Positions 18,089 through 27,585 of a stretch of DNA of 64,000 bases are shown in pieces; the stretch's first letter is position 1, and each line of letters opens with the position of its first letter. Made by a program: the position numbers and the translations under genes. The notes under the pieces are model-generated. The model searched no databases. It had not been told where the DNA came from and saw only the letters and a program-made list of their open reading frames with translations. This DNA comes from Minisyncoccia bacterium (GTDB lineage Bacteria; Patescibacteriota; Minisyncoccia; UBA6257; 2-01-FULL-56-20). The stretch lies in contig JBEKBG010000002.1 of NCBI GenBank assembly GCA_050015515.1, positions 18,777-82,776 of the forward strand, given 5' to 3'.

Positions 18089-18631
18089 ATGGATGAAGAG
18101 AATAAGTCGGAACCGCAGAATAGCAGTGAAGCGGAGCCGCACCGTTCGCATGTGCAGGTTTTTGGTATGGACGTGAACACATCGTCCGAATCCAAAGAGG
18201 ATTGGCGCGCGCGCAAGGACGAGTGGAAAAAACAGCATCACGAACAGCGGGATCAGCAGCGGGCAGAGCACCGCGAGCAACGGAAGGCGCAGCATGAGCA
18301 ATGGCGTCACGACCATCATCACGAAGGTGGTCTGTTCTTCGGGATGATCGTACTCTTTGTGGGAGTCGTGGCACTGCTCTACACGATGGGCCTCGTCTCG
18401 CACGCGTTCTGGTACGTGATCCTGCCGTTCTGGCCGATCCTGCTCATCCTGTGGGGCGCGAGCATCATCCTTGGCCGCCACTGGTTCGCGCGGTTCATTG
18501 TTTTTCTCCTCGCGCTCGCGTTTCTTATCGTCGTCATCTTTTATGGCCTCGTCAAAACCGATTCGCCGGTCGTGAGCTCGCTTTCGCCCACCGTCGTTTC
18601 GGCAATCCAAAATACCCACACGCAATACTAA
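18089..18631 (+). CDS. membrane protein with charged His-rich N-terminus and 4 TM segments
   Basis: N-terminus rich in H/Q/R/E (…HHEQRDQQRAEHREQRKAQHEQWRHDHHHEGG) followed by LFFGMIVLFVGVVALLY… TM helices. Confidence 0.45.
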   Translation: MDEENKSEPQNSSEAEPHRSHVQVFGMDVNTSSESKEDWRARKDEWKKQHHEQRDQQRAEHREQRKAQHEQWRHDHHHEGGLFFGMIVLFVGVVALLYTMGLVSHAFWYVILPFWPILLILWGASIILGRHWFARFIVFLLALAFLIVVIFYGLVKTDSPVVSSLSPTVVSAIQNTHTQY

Positions 18632-18643
18632 TAAGACACTCTT

Positions 18644-19186
18644 ATGGGAGGAATCATCGTCGGCATCATCTTGATACTTATCGGCATCAGTGCCCTCACC
18701 GGCATTCCGTTTTTTGGTTTCCTCTTCGCCATCGTTCTTATCGCAATCGGCGTCCGCATGATCGCGCGGCGTTCGGTGCATAGCGGATGGCGCTGGGACG
18801 ATTATGACCACGATCATGACCATAACCATACGCACAAAACCGCGTCGGGCGAACGGAGCATCGACGAGGTCGCCATCTTCAGCCCGCTCAACAAATCCTA
18901 CACCGCTGAGCATTTTAAAGGAGGGAAGATCGTCATGGTCTTCTCCGGCGGAGAAGTGAATCTTACCCAGATCAAAACCGACGAGACCGAGATTCACCTG
19001 GAAGTCTCATCCATCTTCAGCGGCATTGAGATCGTCGTCCCCAAGGATTGGAAAGTAAAATCCAGCGCCAACGTCTTCCTCGGTAACGTAGACACGAGCG
19101 CTGCCCAAGGCGGTGACGGCACCACAACGCTGATCATCCACGGCGAAGCCGTCTTCGGGGAGATTGAGGTGCGGAAACAGAAGTAA
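18644..19186 (+). CDS. LiaF-like (DUF2154-type) membrane protein
   Basis: Two N-terminal TM helices, DHDHDHNH linker, C-terminal beta-rich domain with GG/VFLGNVD patterns as in LiaF/YvqF C-terminal domains. Confidence 0.5.
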   Translation: MGGIIVGIILILIGISALTGIPFFGFLFAIVLIAIGVRMIARRSVHSGWRWDDYDHDHDHNHTHKTASGERSIDEVAIFSPLNKSYTAEHFKGGKIVMVFSGGEVNLTQIKTDETEIHLEVSSIFSGIEIVVPKDWKVKSSANVFLGNVDTSAAQGGDGTTTLIIHGEAVFGEIEVRKQK

Positions 19187-19202
19187 TTATAATATTGAAG
19201 TC

Positions 19203-19892
19203 ATGGACGATGTCGCGAAGCAGTATAACGGATTTTCCAAAACCTATAGCGACAATCTTCAGGTTCAAGATGAAGTTGGGAATAGGGTGTTCTACGATGT
19301 CCTATCATCGATTGATATAAAAGAGAAAAAACTTTTGGATATTGGCTGTGGGGATGGTTCCGATCTTGTTAACTTTGAGAAAATGGGAGCGGTTTCATTT
19401 GGCATCGAGCCATCCGAAGAATTTGTAAAAGCGGCAAAAGAAAAATCACCACAACTGAATATTATAGTCGGGGCAGGGGAGAGCCTTCCGTTTTCCGACA
19501 AGGAATTTGATGTCGTCGTATCAAAATATGCATTACAGACTTCACCGAATGTTCAAAAAATTTTGAGCGAGGCGGCAAGAGTTTTAAAATCCGGAGGTTA
19601 TTTTATTTTCCTTTCAAAGCATCCAGTCAGACAGTTTCTGGAAAAGATCGAAACTTACAAGAAGCCTCAAGATATTAATTATTTCAATCAGAAAATCATT
19701 GATTCATTTATTTATGAGAAAAAAATTCATCTGCGCGAACCATCTCATACCCTTTCGGAATACTTTTCCAAAGACGTCTTCAAAAATTTCGATCTGCTCG
19801 ATTTTATAGAAGGCAGTGATTTTCCAGCATCCGAACAGATAAATGGGTATACCTATCCGACATTTTTTGTAGCAAAGCTTCTCCGTCGTTAA
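19203..19892 (+). CDS. class I SAM-dependent methyltransferase
   Basis: LDIGCGDGSDLVNFEKMG (motif I), VVSKYALQ (motif II region). Confidence 0.75.
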   Translation: MDDVAKQYNGFSKTYSDNLQVQDEVGNRVFYDVLSSIDIKEKKLLDIGCGDGSDLVNFEKMGAVSFGIEPSEEFVKAAKEKSPQLNIIVGAGESLPFSDKEFDVVVSKYALQTSPNVQKILSEAARVLKSGGYFIFLSKHPVRQFLEKIETYKKPQDINYFNQKIIDSFIYEKKIHLREPSHTLSEYFSKDVFKNFDLLDFIEGSDFPASEQINGYTYPTFFVAKLLRR

Positions 19893-19930
19893 GCGGCTTC
19901 GTATGCCAAGTGGCGATGTGGCCCTGCCTC

Positions 19931-20053
19931 CTTTCTTATGCTTTTTGAGGGACTATCGGAGGCCGCGAAGGCGGCCGAGATGGAGCGCCCGCGCAGCAGC
20001 GCGGGACGCGTGCCCGAAAAAAGCATAAGAAAGGAGGAAGGGCCGGAGCCCAT
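19931..20053. repeat. long palindromic element, family 1 (inverted core orientation)
   Basis: Arms GCCCTGCCTCCTTTCTTATGCTTTTT / AAAAAAGCATAAGAAAGGAGGAAGGGC; core reverse complement contains GGCCGCCTTCGCGGCCTCCGA and CCCGCGCTGCTGCGCGGG hairpin. Confidence 0.75.
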
Positions 20054-20327
20054 TTGACATTACACCCCGCTTTGCTATAATCGTCATCAAGGTTTGCTCG
20101 GACAGTTTTTATGCAAATATTTACCTCTTTAGCCTCGGTCTACGAACGCGAAATGCATTCGCGATCAGGCGCAGAAAAACGGTCGCCGTTTTCTCTGAAT
20201 CCCGTATAAAAGCGGGGTAGGTAGGTTGGTTTTGTAAAAAACTCCGGTTCCAAGCCGGAGTTAATCAATTTTTACTGGATTCCGAGCGTGCTCATTCAAA
20301 GGAGTGCCCCTCCGGACGATCAAGAAA
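20054..20327 (+). promoter_or_regulatory. promoter TTGACA-N16-TATAAT plus about 240-nt leader with attenuator-like hairpin upstream of rplC
   Basis: TTGACA 20054-20059, TATAAT 20076-20081; leader hairpin AACTCCGG-TTCCAA-GCCGGAGTT followed by AATCAATTTTT, reminiscent of the L4-regulated S10 leader. Confidence 0.45.
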
Positions 20328-20891
20328 ATGTCATACATATTAGGTAAAAAAGTTAAAATGACGCAGATCTGGAAGGACGGCAAAGTCGTTCCGGTTACGG
20401 TCGTTCATGCGGAACCCAACAAGGTTTCCATTTTGCGTACCGCAGAGCGTGATGGTTACGAGGCCGTTCAGTTGACGTTGAGCAAGAAGAAGCGCGAGTT
20501 CAAGAACCGCCCAAACCAGAAGGTGGATGTTTCGGCATTAAAACTTGATGACGCGATCGGCGTCGATTCGTTCGCCGAAGGTGACAAGGTGCGCGTGAGC
20601 GGCATTACCAAGGGAAAAGGCTTTGCGGGCGTGGTCAAGCGTTATGATTTCCGCGGCGGCCCGAAGACCCACGGCCAGAAGAATCGCCATCGCCATCCTG
20701 GTTCCATCGGCTCCACTGCATTCCAGCGCGTCGTTCCGGGCCGCCGCATGGCCGGACACATGGGCGTGGAGCGCGTCACCATCAAGAACCTCGTCATCGC
20801 GGCTATCGATAAAGAGAACAATCTGCTTTTCTTGCGCGGCGCGGTGCCGGGCAATCGCGGCGGTCTCATCGAAATCTCAACCTCCAAATAA
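20328..20891 (+). CDS. rplC: 50S ribosomal protein L3
   Basis: MSYILGKKVKMTQIW… matches L3 N-terminus MIGLVGKKVGMTRIF. Confidence 0.92.
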   Translation: MSYILGKKVKMTQIWKDGKVVPVTVVHAEPNKVSILRTAERDGYEAVQLTLSKKKREFKNRPNQKVDVSALKLDDAIGVDSFAEGDKVRVSGITKGKGFAGVVKRYDFRGGPKTHGQKNRHRHPGSIGSTAFQRVVPGRRMAGHMGVERVTIKNLVIAAIDKENNLLFLRGAVPGNRGGLIEISTSK

Positions 20892-20910
20892 TAACTATCA
20901 TTTTCTTGGC

Positions 20911-21555
20911 ATGAAAGCCGACGTCTATAATTTAAAGAACGAAGTGGTGGGAACGGTTGAGTTGCCGTCGGCGGTTTTTGGCACCAAGTGGAATGCTGAG
21001 CTCGTGACTCAGGTTTTGGAAGCTCAGCTCGCGAACGCGCGCTCTCCGTGGGCGCACGTAAAGGATCGCAGCGAAGTGCGTGGCGGCGGCAAGAAGCCGT
21101 GGAGGCAAAAGGGAACCGGTCGCGCGCGGCACGGCTCCACTCGCTCTCCGATCTGGGTAGGCGGCGGAAAAGCGCATGGTCCCCGTAATGACAAAGATTA
21201 TTCGCAAAAGGTGAATAAAAAGATGAAGCGCGTCGCGCTCTTTTCCGTGCTTTCCAAAAAGGCAAAAGATGGCGAGGTCAAAATCTTTGATAGCCTGATG
21301 ATAGAGGCGCCGAAGACGAAGAATGTCGCAACGGCATTGAAGGCGGTGTTGTCGCCGAAGAAAGGAGATAAGCGCTTTGACGTTTTACTCGTCTCCGATA
21401 ATGCCAACAAGAATCTTTTCCGCGCAACGAGCAATCTTCAGAAGACGAAGACGATCGAGGCGGGTTCACTCAATGTGTACGATCTTATGAATCACAAGAA
21501 CCTCTTTATTGATAAGAGCGTCGTCGAGACGATCGAAAAGCACTATAAGATCTAA
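20911..21555 (+). CDS. rplD: 50S ribosomal protein L4
   Basis: Internal ATG 20911 gives MKADVYNLKNEVVGTVELP…RQKGTGRARHGS. Confidence 0.92.
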   Translation: MKADVYNLKNEVVGTVELPSAVFGTKWNAELVTQVLEAQLANARSPWAHVKDRSEVRGGGKKPWRQKGTGRARHGSTRSPIWVGGGKAHGPRNDKDYSQKVNKKMKRVALFSVLSKKAKDGEVKIFDSLMIEAPKTKNVATALKAVLSPKKGDKRFDVLLVSDNANKNLFRATSNLQKTKTIEAGSLNVYDLMNHKNLFIDKSVVETIEKHYKI

Positions 21556-21557
21556 AT

Positions 21558-21833
21558 ATGGACCATCTTCTCATCAAAAAACCTTGGATCACGGAAAAAG
21601 CGACGGCGCTCACCGCTTCCAATCAATACGTTTTTATGGTAAAATTCACGGCGACGAAGCCGGAGGTCAAGAAAGCGATCCATGCGCTCTATAAAGTAGA
21701 TGCACTGTCCGTGAATATTTTGAATCGCGCGGGCAAGGTAAAAAAGTCCGGCCGCGGCATCAAAGGCAAGACCGGTGGCTACCGCAAGGCGATCGTCACT
21801 ATTAAAGAGGGACAAAAAATAGATCTGAACTAA
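21558..21833 (+). CDS. rplW: 50S ribosomal protein L23
   Basis: ITEKATALT…KFTATKPEVKKAI. Confidence 0.9.
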   Translation: MDHLLIKKPWITEKATALTASNQYVFMVKFTATKPEVKKAIHALYKVDALSVNILNRAGKVKKSGRGIKGKTGGYRKAIVTIKEGQKIDLN

Positions 21834-21843
21834 TGCCAAAGGA

Positions 21844-22692
21844 ATGAAAAGTTACAAGCCTACAAGCGCTTCGCGGCGCCAAATGACATCTTCGGATTAC
21901 AGCACCCTTTCGAAAGGCGCGCGTCCTTATAAGCCGCTCGTAATTCGCTTGAAGTCCAATGCCGGCCGCAACTCGGCGGGCCGCATCACCGTGCGCCATC
22001 AGGGCGGTGGCAATAAGAAACTCTACCGCGTCATCGACTTCAAACAAAATCGCTTGAATTCCAAAGCGATCGTCGAGACGATCGAATACGATCCGTATCG
22101 CACGGCGTTCATCGCGCTCGTAAAATATGATGATGGCGCGCGTACCTATATTTTAGCTCCGGAAAAAATGAAGGTAGGGGATGAGATGGTGACGACGGAA
22201 GTGGCACCGATCAAGAGCGGCAATCGTATGCAGCTCAAAAATATTCCGGTGGGCCAGCAAGTTTATAATATTGAAATGGCGCCGGGACGTGGGGGGCAGC
22301 TCGCTCGCTCCGCCGGCGCATACGCCGAATTGCTCGCCAATGCCGATGGTTATACCGACCTCAAATTAAAGTCCGGCGAAGTGCGCCGCGTCCTCTGGAC
22401 ATGCCTCGCATCGCTCGGCCAGGTTTCGAACTCCGAATGGAGCTTGGTGAATTTTGGCAAAGCAGGCCGCTCGCGCTGGTTGGGCATCCGTCCGACGGTC
22501 CGTGGCAGTGCTATGAATCCGGTTGACCATCCGTACGGAGGCGGTGAAGGTGCACAGCCGCGCGGTACCCGGAAGCCGAAGACCATGTGGGGCAAGGTCA
22601 CCGGCGGTCACAAGACGCGCAATAAGAAAAAGCAGTCGAGCAAACTTATCGTCAAGCGTCGCGTTGGCATCCGTAATCGCAACAATAAATAG
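21844..22692 (+). CDS. rplB: 50S ribosomal protein L2
   Basis: KPTSASRR…GGG…HPYGGGEG. Confidence 0.95.
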   Translation: MKSYKPTSASRRQMTSSDYSTLSKGARPYKPLVIRLKSNAGRNSAGRITVRHQGGGNKKLYRVIDFKQNRLNSKAIVETIEYDPYRTAFIALVKYDDGARTYILAPEKMKVGDEMVTTEVAPIKSGNRMQLKNIPVGQQVYNIEMAPGRGGQLARSAGAYAELLANADGYTDLKLKSGEVRRVLWTCLASLGQVSNSEWSLVNFGKAGRSRWLGIRPTVRGSAMNPVDHPYGGGEGAQPRGTRKPKTMWGKVTGGHKTRNKKKQSSKLIVKRRVGIRNRNNK

Positions 22693-22708
22693 TTTTTAAA
22701 TCACCACC

Positions 22709-23047
22709 ATGTCACGCTCACTCAAAAAAGGCCCGTTCGTCGATCCGAAACTCATGAAGAAAGTTTTAAATACCAAATCCGGCAGTGGCACGGTCATCAA
22801 GACGTGGTCGCGCGCATCGGAGATCGCGCCGGAATTTGTTGGGCAGGTGTTCGGCGTGCACAACGGCCGCACGCACGTTGAAGTGCGCGTCACCGAGGAA
22901 ATGGTGGGACATCGCTTGGGCGAATTTTCGCCGACGCGCAAGTTCATCCGCCACGGCGGCAAGATGCAGAAAGAATTAGAGACCAAGGCTGCCGATACGG
23001 CGAAGACCCAAACCGCTGCGGCGAAATCGGCACCGGCTAAAAAATAA
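22709..23047 (+). CDS. rpsS: 30S ribosomal protein S19 (with Ala/Lys-rich C-terminal extension)
   Basis: [12 protein letters not shown]…[11 protein letters not shown]. Confidence 0.95.
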   Translation: MSRSLKKGPFVDPKLMKKVLNTKSGSGTVIKTWSRASEIAPEFVGQVFGVHNGRTHVEVRVTEEMVGHRLGEFSPTRKFIRHGGKMQKELETKAADTAKTQTAAAKSAPAKK

Positions 23048-23052
23048 AAACC

Positions 23053-23565
23053 ATGCCCACGCAATACACCGCAAAACTTAGTTTCCTCCGACAGGCGCCC
23101 CGCAAAGTGCGCAGCGTTGGCGACCTTATCAAGGGCTTGTCGGTGAACGAAGCGGAGGCGCAATTGCTCGCGCAGACCCGCCGCCCTTCAAAGGCGCTCC
23201 TGAAACTCTTACGCTCGGCGGTGGCAAATGCTAAAAACAACAAGGTTCATGATGTCCAACACCTTTTTGTATCAAGCGTTCGCGTAGACGGCGGCCCGAT
23301 GTTGAAGCGCATGCTTCCGCGCGCGCGCGGCAGTGCGTCGCCGATCCAGAAAAAAATGAGCCATGTGACGCTCGTGCTCGGCGTCAACGAGAACTTGAAG
23401 TCGCGCTTTACGATCGTCCCGCCAAAGAAGACGAAGCTTCCGCCGGGACAAGATGTGCGTTCAAAGAACAAGAAACCGAAAACTCCGGAGAGGGCAGTGC
23501 CGCAATCCAAGCAGACCCCGGGATTCTGGAAACGCCAATTCGGCCGTAAGGTAGTAGCGGAATAA
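23053..23565 (+). CDS. rplV: 50S ribosomal protein L22 (with basic C-terminal extension)
   Basis: AKLSFLRQAPRKVR…LRSAVANA. Confidence 0.92.
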   Translation: MPTQYTAKLSFLRQAPRKVRSVGDLIKGLSVNEAEAQLLAQTRRPSKALLKLLRSAVANAKNNKVHDVQHLFVSSVRVDGGPMLKRMLPRARGSASPIQKKMSHVTLVLGVNENLKSRFTIVPPKKTKLPPGQDVRSKNKKPKTPERAVPQSKQTPGFWKRQFGRKVVAE

Positions 23566-23573
23566 AAAATACT

Positions 23574-24314
23574 ATGGGACAAAAGATCAATCCAAATTCA
23601 TATCGGTTGGGTATCTCGAAAGGCTGGCCAGTGCGCTGGTTCCTTAAAGGCGGCTATGCAAAATTCCTGGAAGAGGATGAAGCGATCCGTAACACAATCA
23701 ATAAGAAGATCGCGCTCGCCGGCGTCGCCGCGATCGAAATCGAGCGCACACAGGGAAATCTTCGCGTGTTCATTCGCGCCGCCCGCCCGGGGCTTATCAT
23801 TGGCCGCGGCGGCAAAGGTATGGAAGATCTCAACAAAGCGATCGTTGACGCGCTCATGAAAGTGCGTAAGACGCGCTCTAAAGTCGCGCTCAGCTTAAAT
23901 GTAGAGGAGTTGAAGCGCTCCGATGTTTCCGCCCGCTATCTTGCCCAGCAGATGGCGTGGGATCTCGAAAAGCGCATCCGCTTCCGTCGGACCATGAAGA
24001 AATATTTGGAGCAGGTCATGCAGAACCGCGGCGTCAAAGGTGCGAAGATCCTCATGAAGGGCCGCTTGGACGGAAATGAGATCGCGCGCAACGAACACCT
24101 TTCAAAGGGCTCACTTCCATTGCAGACGCTTCGCGCCGATATTGATTACGGTACCGCTACCGCGTTCACCACATATGGTACGATCGGCATTCGCGTGTGG
24201 ATATACAAAGGAGAGGTTTTTGCGAAAACCGCCAAACAAGAGGAGGAAGAATCCAATCGCGCACGGTCTTCGAGCCGCCGCGGCGAGCCGTCGCCTTTAC
24301 CTCCCAACTATTAA
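23574..24314 (+). CDS. rpsC: 30S ribosomal protein S3
   Basis: MGQKINPNSYRLGISKGW…KH and S3-C domains. Confidence 0.95.
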   Translation: MGQKINPNSYRLGISKGWPVRWFLKGGYAKFLEEDEAIRNTINKKIALAGVAAIEIERTQGNLRVFIRAARPGLIIGRGGKGMEDLNKAIVDALMKVRKTRSKVALSLNVEELKRSDVSARYLAQQMAWDLEKRIRFRRTMKKYLEQVMQNRGVKGAKILMKGRLDGNEIARNEHLSKGSLPLQTLRADIDYGTATAFTTYGTIGIRVWIYKGEVFAKTAKQEEEESNRARSSSRRGEPSPLPPNY

Positions 24315-24325
24315 TACCTTTTATC

Positions 24326-24736
24326 ATGCTTCTTCCTAAGAAAGTAAAACATCGCAAGTGGCAGAAAGGACGTTCCCGTAAGCGCTTGGTTGAAACGCGC
24401 GGGCTTACGTTGAGCTACGGTTCTTTCGGCCTCAAGTCCACGGAAGCGGCATGGGTGAATTCCCGCCAGATCGAAGCGGCGCGCAAAACGATCACAAACT
24501 ATCTCAAGCGCGATGGCCGCCTGTGGATCCGTATCTTCCCCGATAAGCCGATCACCCAGCAGGCTCCGGAGAAGACGCTCGGAGGCGGAAAAGGTTCGGT
24601 TGACCACTACGTATTTCCGGTAAAGCCGGGCCGCGTCCTTTTTGAGATCGATGGGGTGACCATGGTGCGCGCCAAAGAAGCATTACGCCTCGCGTCATTC
24701 AAACTTCCGGTAAAGACCCGTATCATGGTCAAATAA
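24326..24736 (+). CDS. rplP: 50S ribosomal protein L16
   Basis: MLLPKKVKHRKWQKGR… matches L16 N-terminus. Confidence 0.93.
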   Translation: MLLPKKVKHRKWQKGRSRKRLVETRGLTLSYGSFGLKSTEAAWVNSRQIEAARKTITNYLKRDGRLWIRIFPDKPITQQAPEKTLGGGKGSVDHYVFPVKPGRVLFEIDGVTMVRAKEALRLASFKLPVKTRIMVK

Positions 24737-24752
24737 TTTTCATTACAAAGAC

Positions 24753-24956
24753 ATGAAGAAAAAAGAAATTCAGGAATTGAAGAACAAGTCACTTGGCGAG
24801 CTCGAACGGATCGTGCTTGAGGGTGGCGAGAAGTTGCGTGCCCTGCGATTTGACCTTGCAGCCGGAAAAGTGAAGAATGTGAACGAGCTTCACCAGACGC
24901 GCAAGAAGATCGCGCGGGCAAAAACATTCATCAATCAACATGGAAACGAAAAATAA
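24753..24956 (+). CDS. rpmC: 50S ribosomal protein L29
   Basis: 67 aa, [29 protein letters not shown]. Confidence 0.88.
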   Translation: MKKKEIQELKNKSLGELERIVLEGGEKLRALRFDLAAGKVKNVNELHQTRKKIARAKTFINQHGNEK

Positions 24957-25188
24957 GAAAATAAGGAAGATCATCGGTACCGTTGTGTCGGACAAGATGA
25001 TGAAGACCCGCGTGGTCGCGGTGGCAAGCTTGAAGAAGCATCCGAAGTACCTCAAGTTCTATAAGGTGACGACCAAGTTCAAAGCGCACGACGAGAACAA
25101 CGAGTACAAGACGGGGGATAAGGTGACCATCGAGGAATGCCGTCCGCTCTCGCGCGAAAAGCGCTGGAGGATCATAAATAAGATTTAG
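24940..25188 (+). CDS. rpsQ: 30S ribosomal protein S17
   Basis: [14 protein letters not shown]…[17 protein letters not shown]. Confidence 0.9.
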   Translation: METKNKKIRKIIGTVVSDKMMKTRVVAVASLKKHPKYLKFYKVTTKFKAHDENNEYKTGDKVTIEECRPLSREKRWRIINKI

Positions 25189-25189
25189 C

Positions 25190-25558
25190 ATGATACAAGA
25201 ACGATCGGTCATAAAAGTTGCGGATAACAGCGGCGCCAAGGTGGTGCGGTGTTTCCGCATCCTCGGCGGAACCCATCATCGCTACGCGGGCGTGGGCGAC
25301 GTCATCGTCGCTTCCGTGCAGAGCGCGGAGCCGCGCAAGGCGGTCAAAAAAAAGGATGTGGTGAAAGTGCTCGTGGTTCGTACCAAGAACGCTTTGCGCC
25401 GCAAGGATGGTTCCTACGTCCGCTTTGACGAGAATGCGGTCGTGCTCATCGACGCGAAGAAGGAACCGACGGCGACCCGCATCTTCGGTCCGCTTCCGCG
25501 CGAGCTCAAAGAAAAGGGCTTCGAAAAATTAATGACCATGGCCGAAGAAATCGTGTAA
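25190..25558 (+). CDS. rplN: 50S ribosomal protein L14
   Basis: MIQERSVIKVADNSGAK. Confidence 0.95.
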   Translation: MIQERSVIKVADNSGAKVVRCFRILGGTHHRYAGVGDVIVASVQSAEPRKAVKKKDVVKVLVVRTKNALRRKDGSYVRFDENAVVLIDAKKEPTATRIFGPLPRELKEKGFEKLMTMAEEIV

Positions 25559-25577
25559 CCTCAAAAAATATTGACCC

Positions 25578-25886
25578 ATGAAACTCAAGAAAGGAGACAA
25601 CGTAAAAGTGCTGGCAGGCAAGGATCGCGGGAAGACCGGGGTGGTGTTGAGGGCGTTCCCGGAAGATGATCGCATCATGATCGACGGATTGAACGTCTTT
25701 AAAAAACGTTCCAAACCGCGCAAGCAGGGAGAGAAGGGCCAGGTGGTCGCCGTCTCGCGCCCACTCGCCGCTTCCAAGGTGATGATCATTTGCCCGAACT
25801 GCAAGTCGCCGACCCGGATCGGCGGCCGCACAGAAGGAAGCCGCAAGGTTCGCTACTGCAAAAAATGCAAAGCAACACTCTCATAA
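25578..25886 (+). CDS. rplX: 50S ribosomal protein L24 with C-terminal C4 zinc-ribbon extension
   Basis: KLKKGDNVKVLAGKDRGKTG (KOW); C-terminus CPNCKSP…CKKCK. Confidence 0.9.
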   Translation: MKLKKGDNVKVLAGKDRGKTGVVLRAFPEDDRIMIDGLNVFKKRSKPRKQGEKGQVVAVSRPLAASKVMIICPNCKSPTRIGGRTEGSRKVRYCKKCKATLS

Positions 25887-25894
25887 CTACCGCC

Positions 25895-26443
25895 ATGGCT
25901 GAAACAAAAAAAACACATTCGGATAGAAAAGCGATGCGCGCCTTCATTGAGAAGGTCGTCATTGATGCGGGCGTTGGCCGCTTGAGCCAACAGCCGAGTT
26001 TTGAGGAAAAGATCCTGCCCCAGGTCTTGCGCGATATCGCCGCGGTTGCGGGTCAGACTCCGCAATTACGCAAGGCAAAGGAGTCTATCGCCGGATTCAA
26101 GTTACGCGAGGGAACTATCGTTGGCCTCCGGGTCACGCTTCGCCGCGAGAAAGCAGTTGATTTTTTTGAGCGTTTGATTACAATAGTGTTACCTCGCGTT
26201 CGAGATTTTGGTGGATTGGAACATTCCGCGATCGATCAGGGCGGCACCCTTAATGTGGGCGTCCGCGACCATTTGGTATTTCCGGAGATCGCGCCGGAGA
26301 AATCGCCGGTGTCGTTCTCGATCGGCGTCAGCGTGGTGCCGAAGGTGCGCAACCGCGTAAAGTCGGTGGAGAAGTTCGCCGCGTTCGGCGTGCCGATGAA
26401 GAAAGACGCGCCGGTAGGCAAAAAGCCTAAAAATAAGAAGTAA
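25895..26443 (+). CDS. rplE: 50S ribosomal protein L5
   Basis: Internal start MAETKKTH…; L5 signature …EKFAAFGVPM…. Confidence 0.9.
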   Translation: MAETKKTHSDRKAMRAFIEKVVIDAGVGRLSQQPSFEEKILPQVLRDIAAVAGQTPQLRKAKESIAGFKLREGTIVGLRVTLRREKAVDFFERLITIVLPRVRDFGGLEHSAIDQGGTLNVGVRDHLVFPEIAPEKSPVSFSIGVSVVPKVRNRVKSVEKFAAFGVPMKKDAPVGKKPKNKK

Positions 26444-26448
26444 GTAAT

Positions 26449-26634
26449 ATGGCAAAAGAATCCGTCATCGCGCGAAGCAAAAAGCGACCAAAATATTCAT
26501 CCCGCATCGTGCGGCGCTGTTTCCGCTGCGGCCGCAAGCGTGGGTTCATGCGCGATTTCGGGCTTTGCCGCATCTGCTTCCGCGAAATGGCGACCGCGAG
26601 CCAGATCCCGGGGATAAAAAAGGCCAGCTGGTAA
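26449..26634 (+). CDS. rpsN: 30S ribosomal protein S14 type Z (zinc-binding)
   Basis: 61 aa with CFRCGRK…CRIC. Confidence 0.92.
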   Translation: MAKESVIARSKKRPKYSSRIVRRCFRCGRKRGFMRDFGLCRICFREMATASQIPGIKKASW

Positions 26635-26638
26635 TCAT

Positions 26639-27019
26639 ATGCACTACAACATCCTTTCCGAACTTAAAAACGCCACGAGGGCAAAGAAGGACAAGATCGT
26701 CTTCCCGTTCACGAAGATGGATTTTGCGATCCTCACAAAACTCGCCGAGAACGATTACGTAAAGAGCGCGGAAAAGGAAGCGGCCGGCAAAAAAAATATC
26801 ATCACGGTGCGTCTCGCGTACAAGAACAAAGAGGCCGTAGTGAATGATTTTAAGATCATGAGCAAGCCGAGTCGCCACACCTATGCGGACTATCGTAGCC
26901 TTCCGACGGTCAAGCAGGGACACGGCCTTGCGATGCTTTCCACTTCAAAAGGGATCATGACCGGCCGCGAGGCGAAAAAACAGAAGGTCGGCGGGGAATA
27001 TCTTTTTGAAATCTGGTAA
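26639..27019 (+). CDS. rpsH: 30S ribosomal protein S8
   Basis: Typical S8 length and C-terminal GGEYLFEIW. Confidence 0.9.
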   Translation: MHYNILSELKNATRAKKDKIVFPFTKMDFAILTKLAENDYVKSAEKEAAGKKNIITVRLAYKNKEAVVNDFKIMSKPSRHTYADYRSLPTVKQGHGLAMLSTSKGIMTGREAKKQKVGGEYLFEIW

Positions 27020-27031
27020 ATATTTAATCTT

Positions 27032-27574
27032 ATGAGCCGACTTATTAAAAAACCTATTGCGATCGTGGGCGGCGCGACCCTCGTACAAAACGGCGACGTT
27101 TTGACGATCAAGGGCCCGAAGGGAGAACTGACGATCGCTCTTCCAGCCGGAGTGGAAGTAAAGACCGAGGGCACGAACTTTTGGGTCAGCACGACTCCGG
27201 AGGTAAAGACAACGGCGTTGCAAGGTACCGTCTGGGCGCTTGCCAAGAACGCGGTTGAAGGCGTGACGATCGGGTTTACTAAAGCATTGGAGGTCGAGGG
27301 TGTCGGCTATCGCGCGGTACTTGAAGGAAAGGAATTGGTACTATTCCTCGGTTATGCGTTGCCGGTGCGTGTGCCCGTGCCGGAACATATTGCCATCGCC
27401 GTTGATAAGAATACTATTACGGTGACGGGAATTGATAAGGATGCTGTCGGGCAGGCTGCCGCGGAAATTCGCGCGCTCAAAAAGCCGGAGCCGTACAAAG
27501 GCAAGGGCATCCACTATCAAGGCGAGGTGATCCGCAGAAAGGTTGGCAAGAAAGCGGGAACAACCGTTGCGTAA
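27032..27574 (+). CDS. rplF: 50S ribosomal protein L6
   Basis: MSRLIKKPIAIV…IKGPKGEL. Confidence 0.93.
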   Translation: MSRLIKKPIAIVGGATLVQNGDVLTIKGPKGELTIALPAGVEVKTEGTNFWVSTTPEVKTTALQGTVWALAKNAVEGVTIGFTKALEVEGVGYRAVLEGKELVLFLGYALPVRVPVPEHIAIAVDKNTITVTGIDKDAVGQAAAEIRALKKPEPYKGKGIHYQGEVIRRKVGKKAGTTVA

Positions 27575-27585
27575 TATATATTCCC

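Noticed and set aside
17957-18997. 346-aa minus-strand ORF overlapping the two plus-strand membrane-protein ORFs
   Set aside because: Its sequence is extremely low-complexity and charged (DDDDKKREREEKNNEPREP) and it runs antisense to two well-formed plus-strand genes, one of them with a recognisable LiaF-like domain. It is treated as a shadow ORF.
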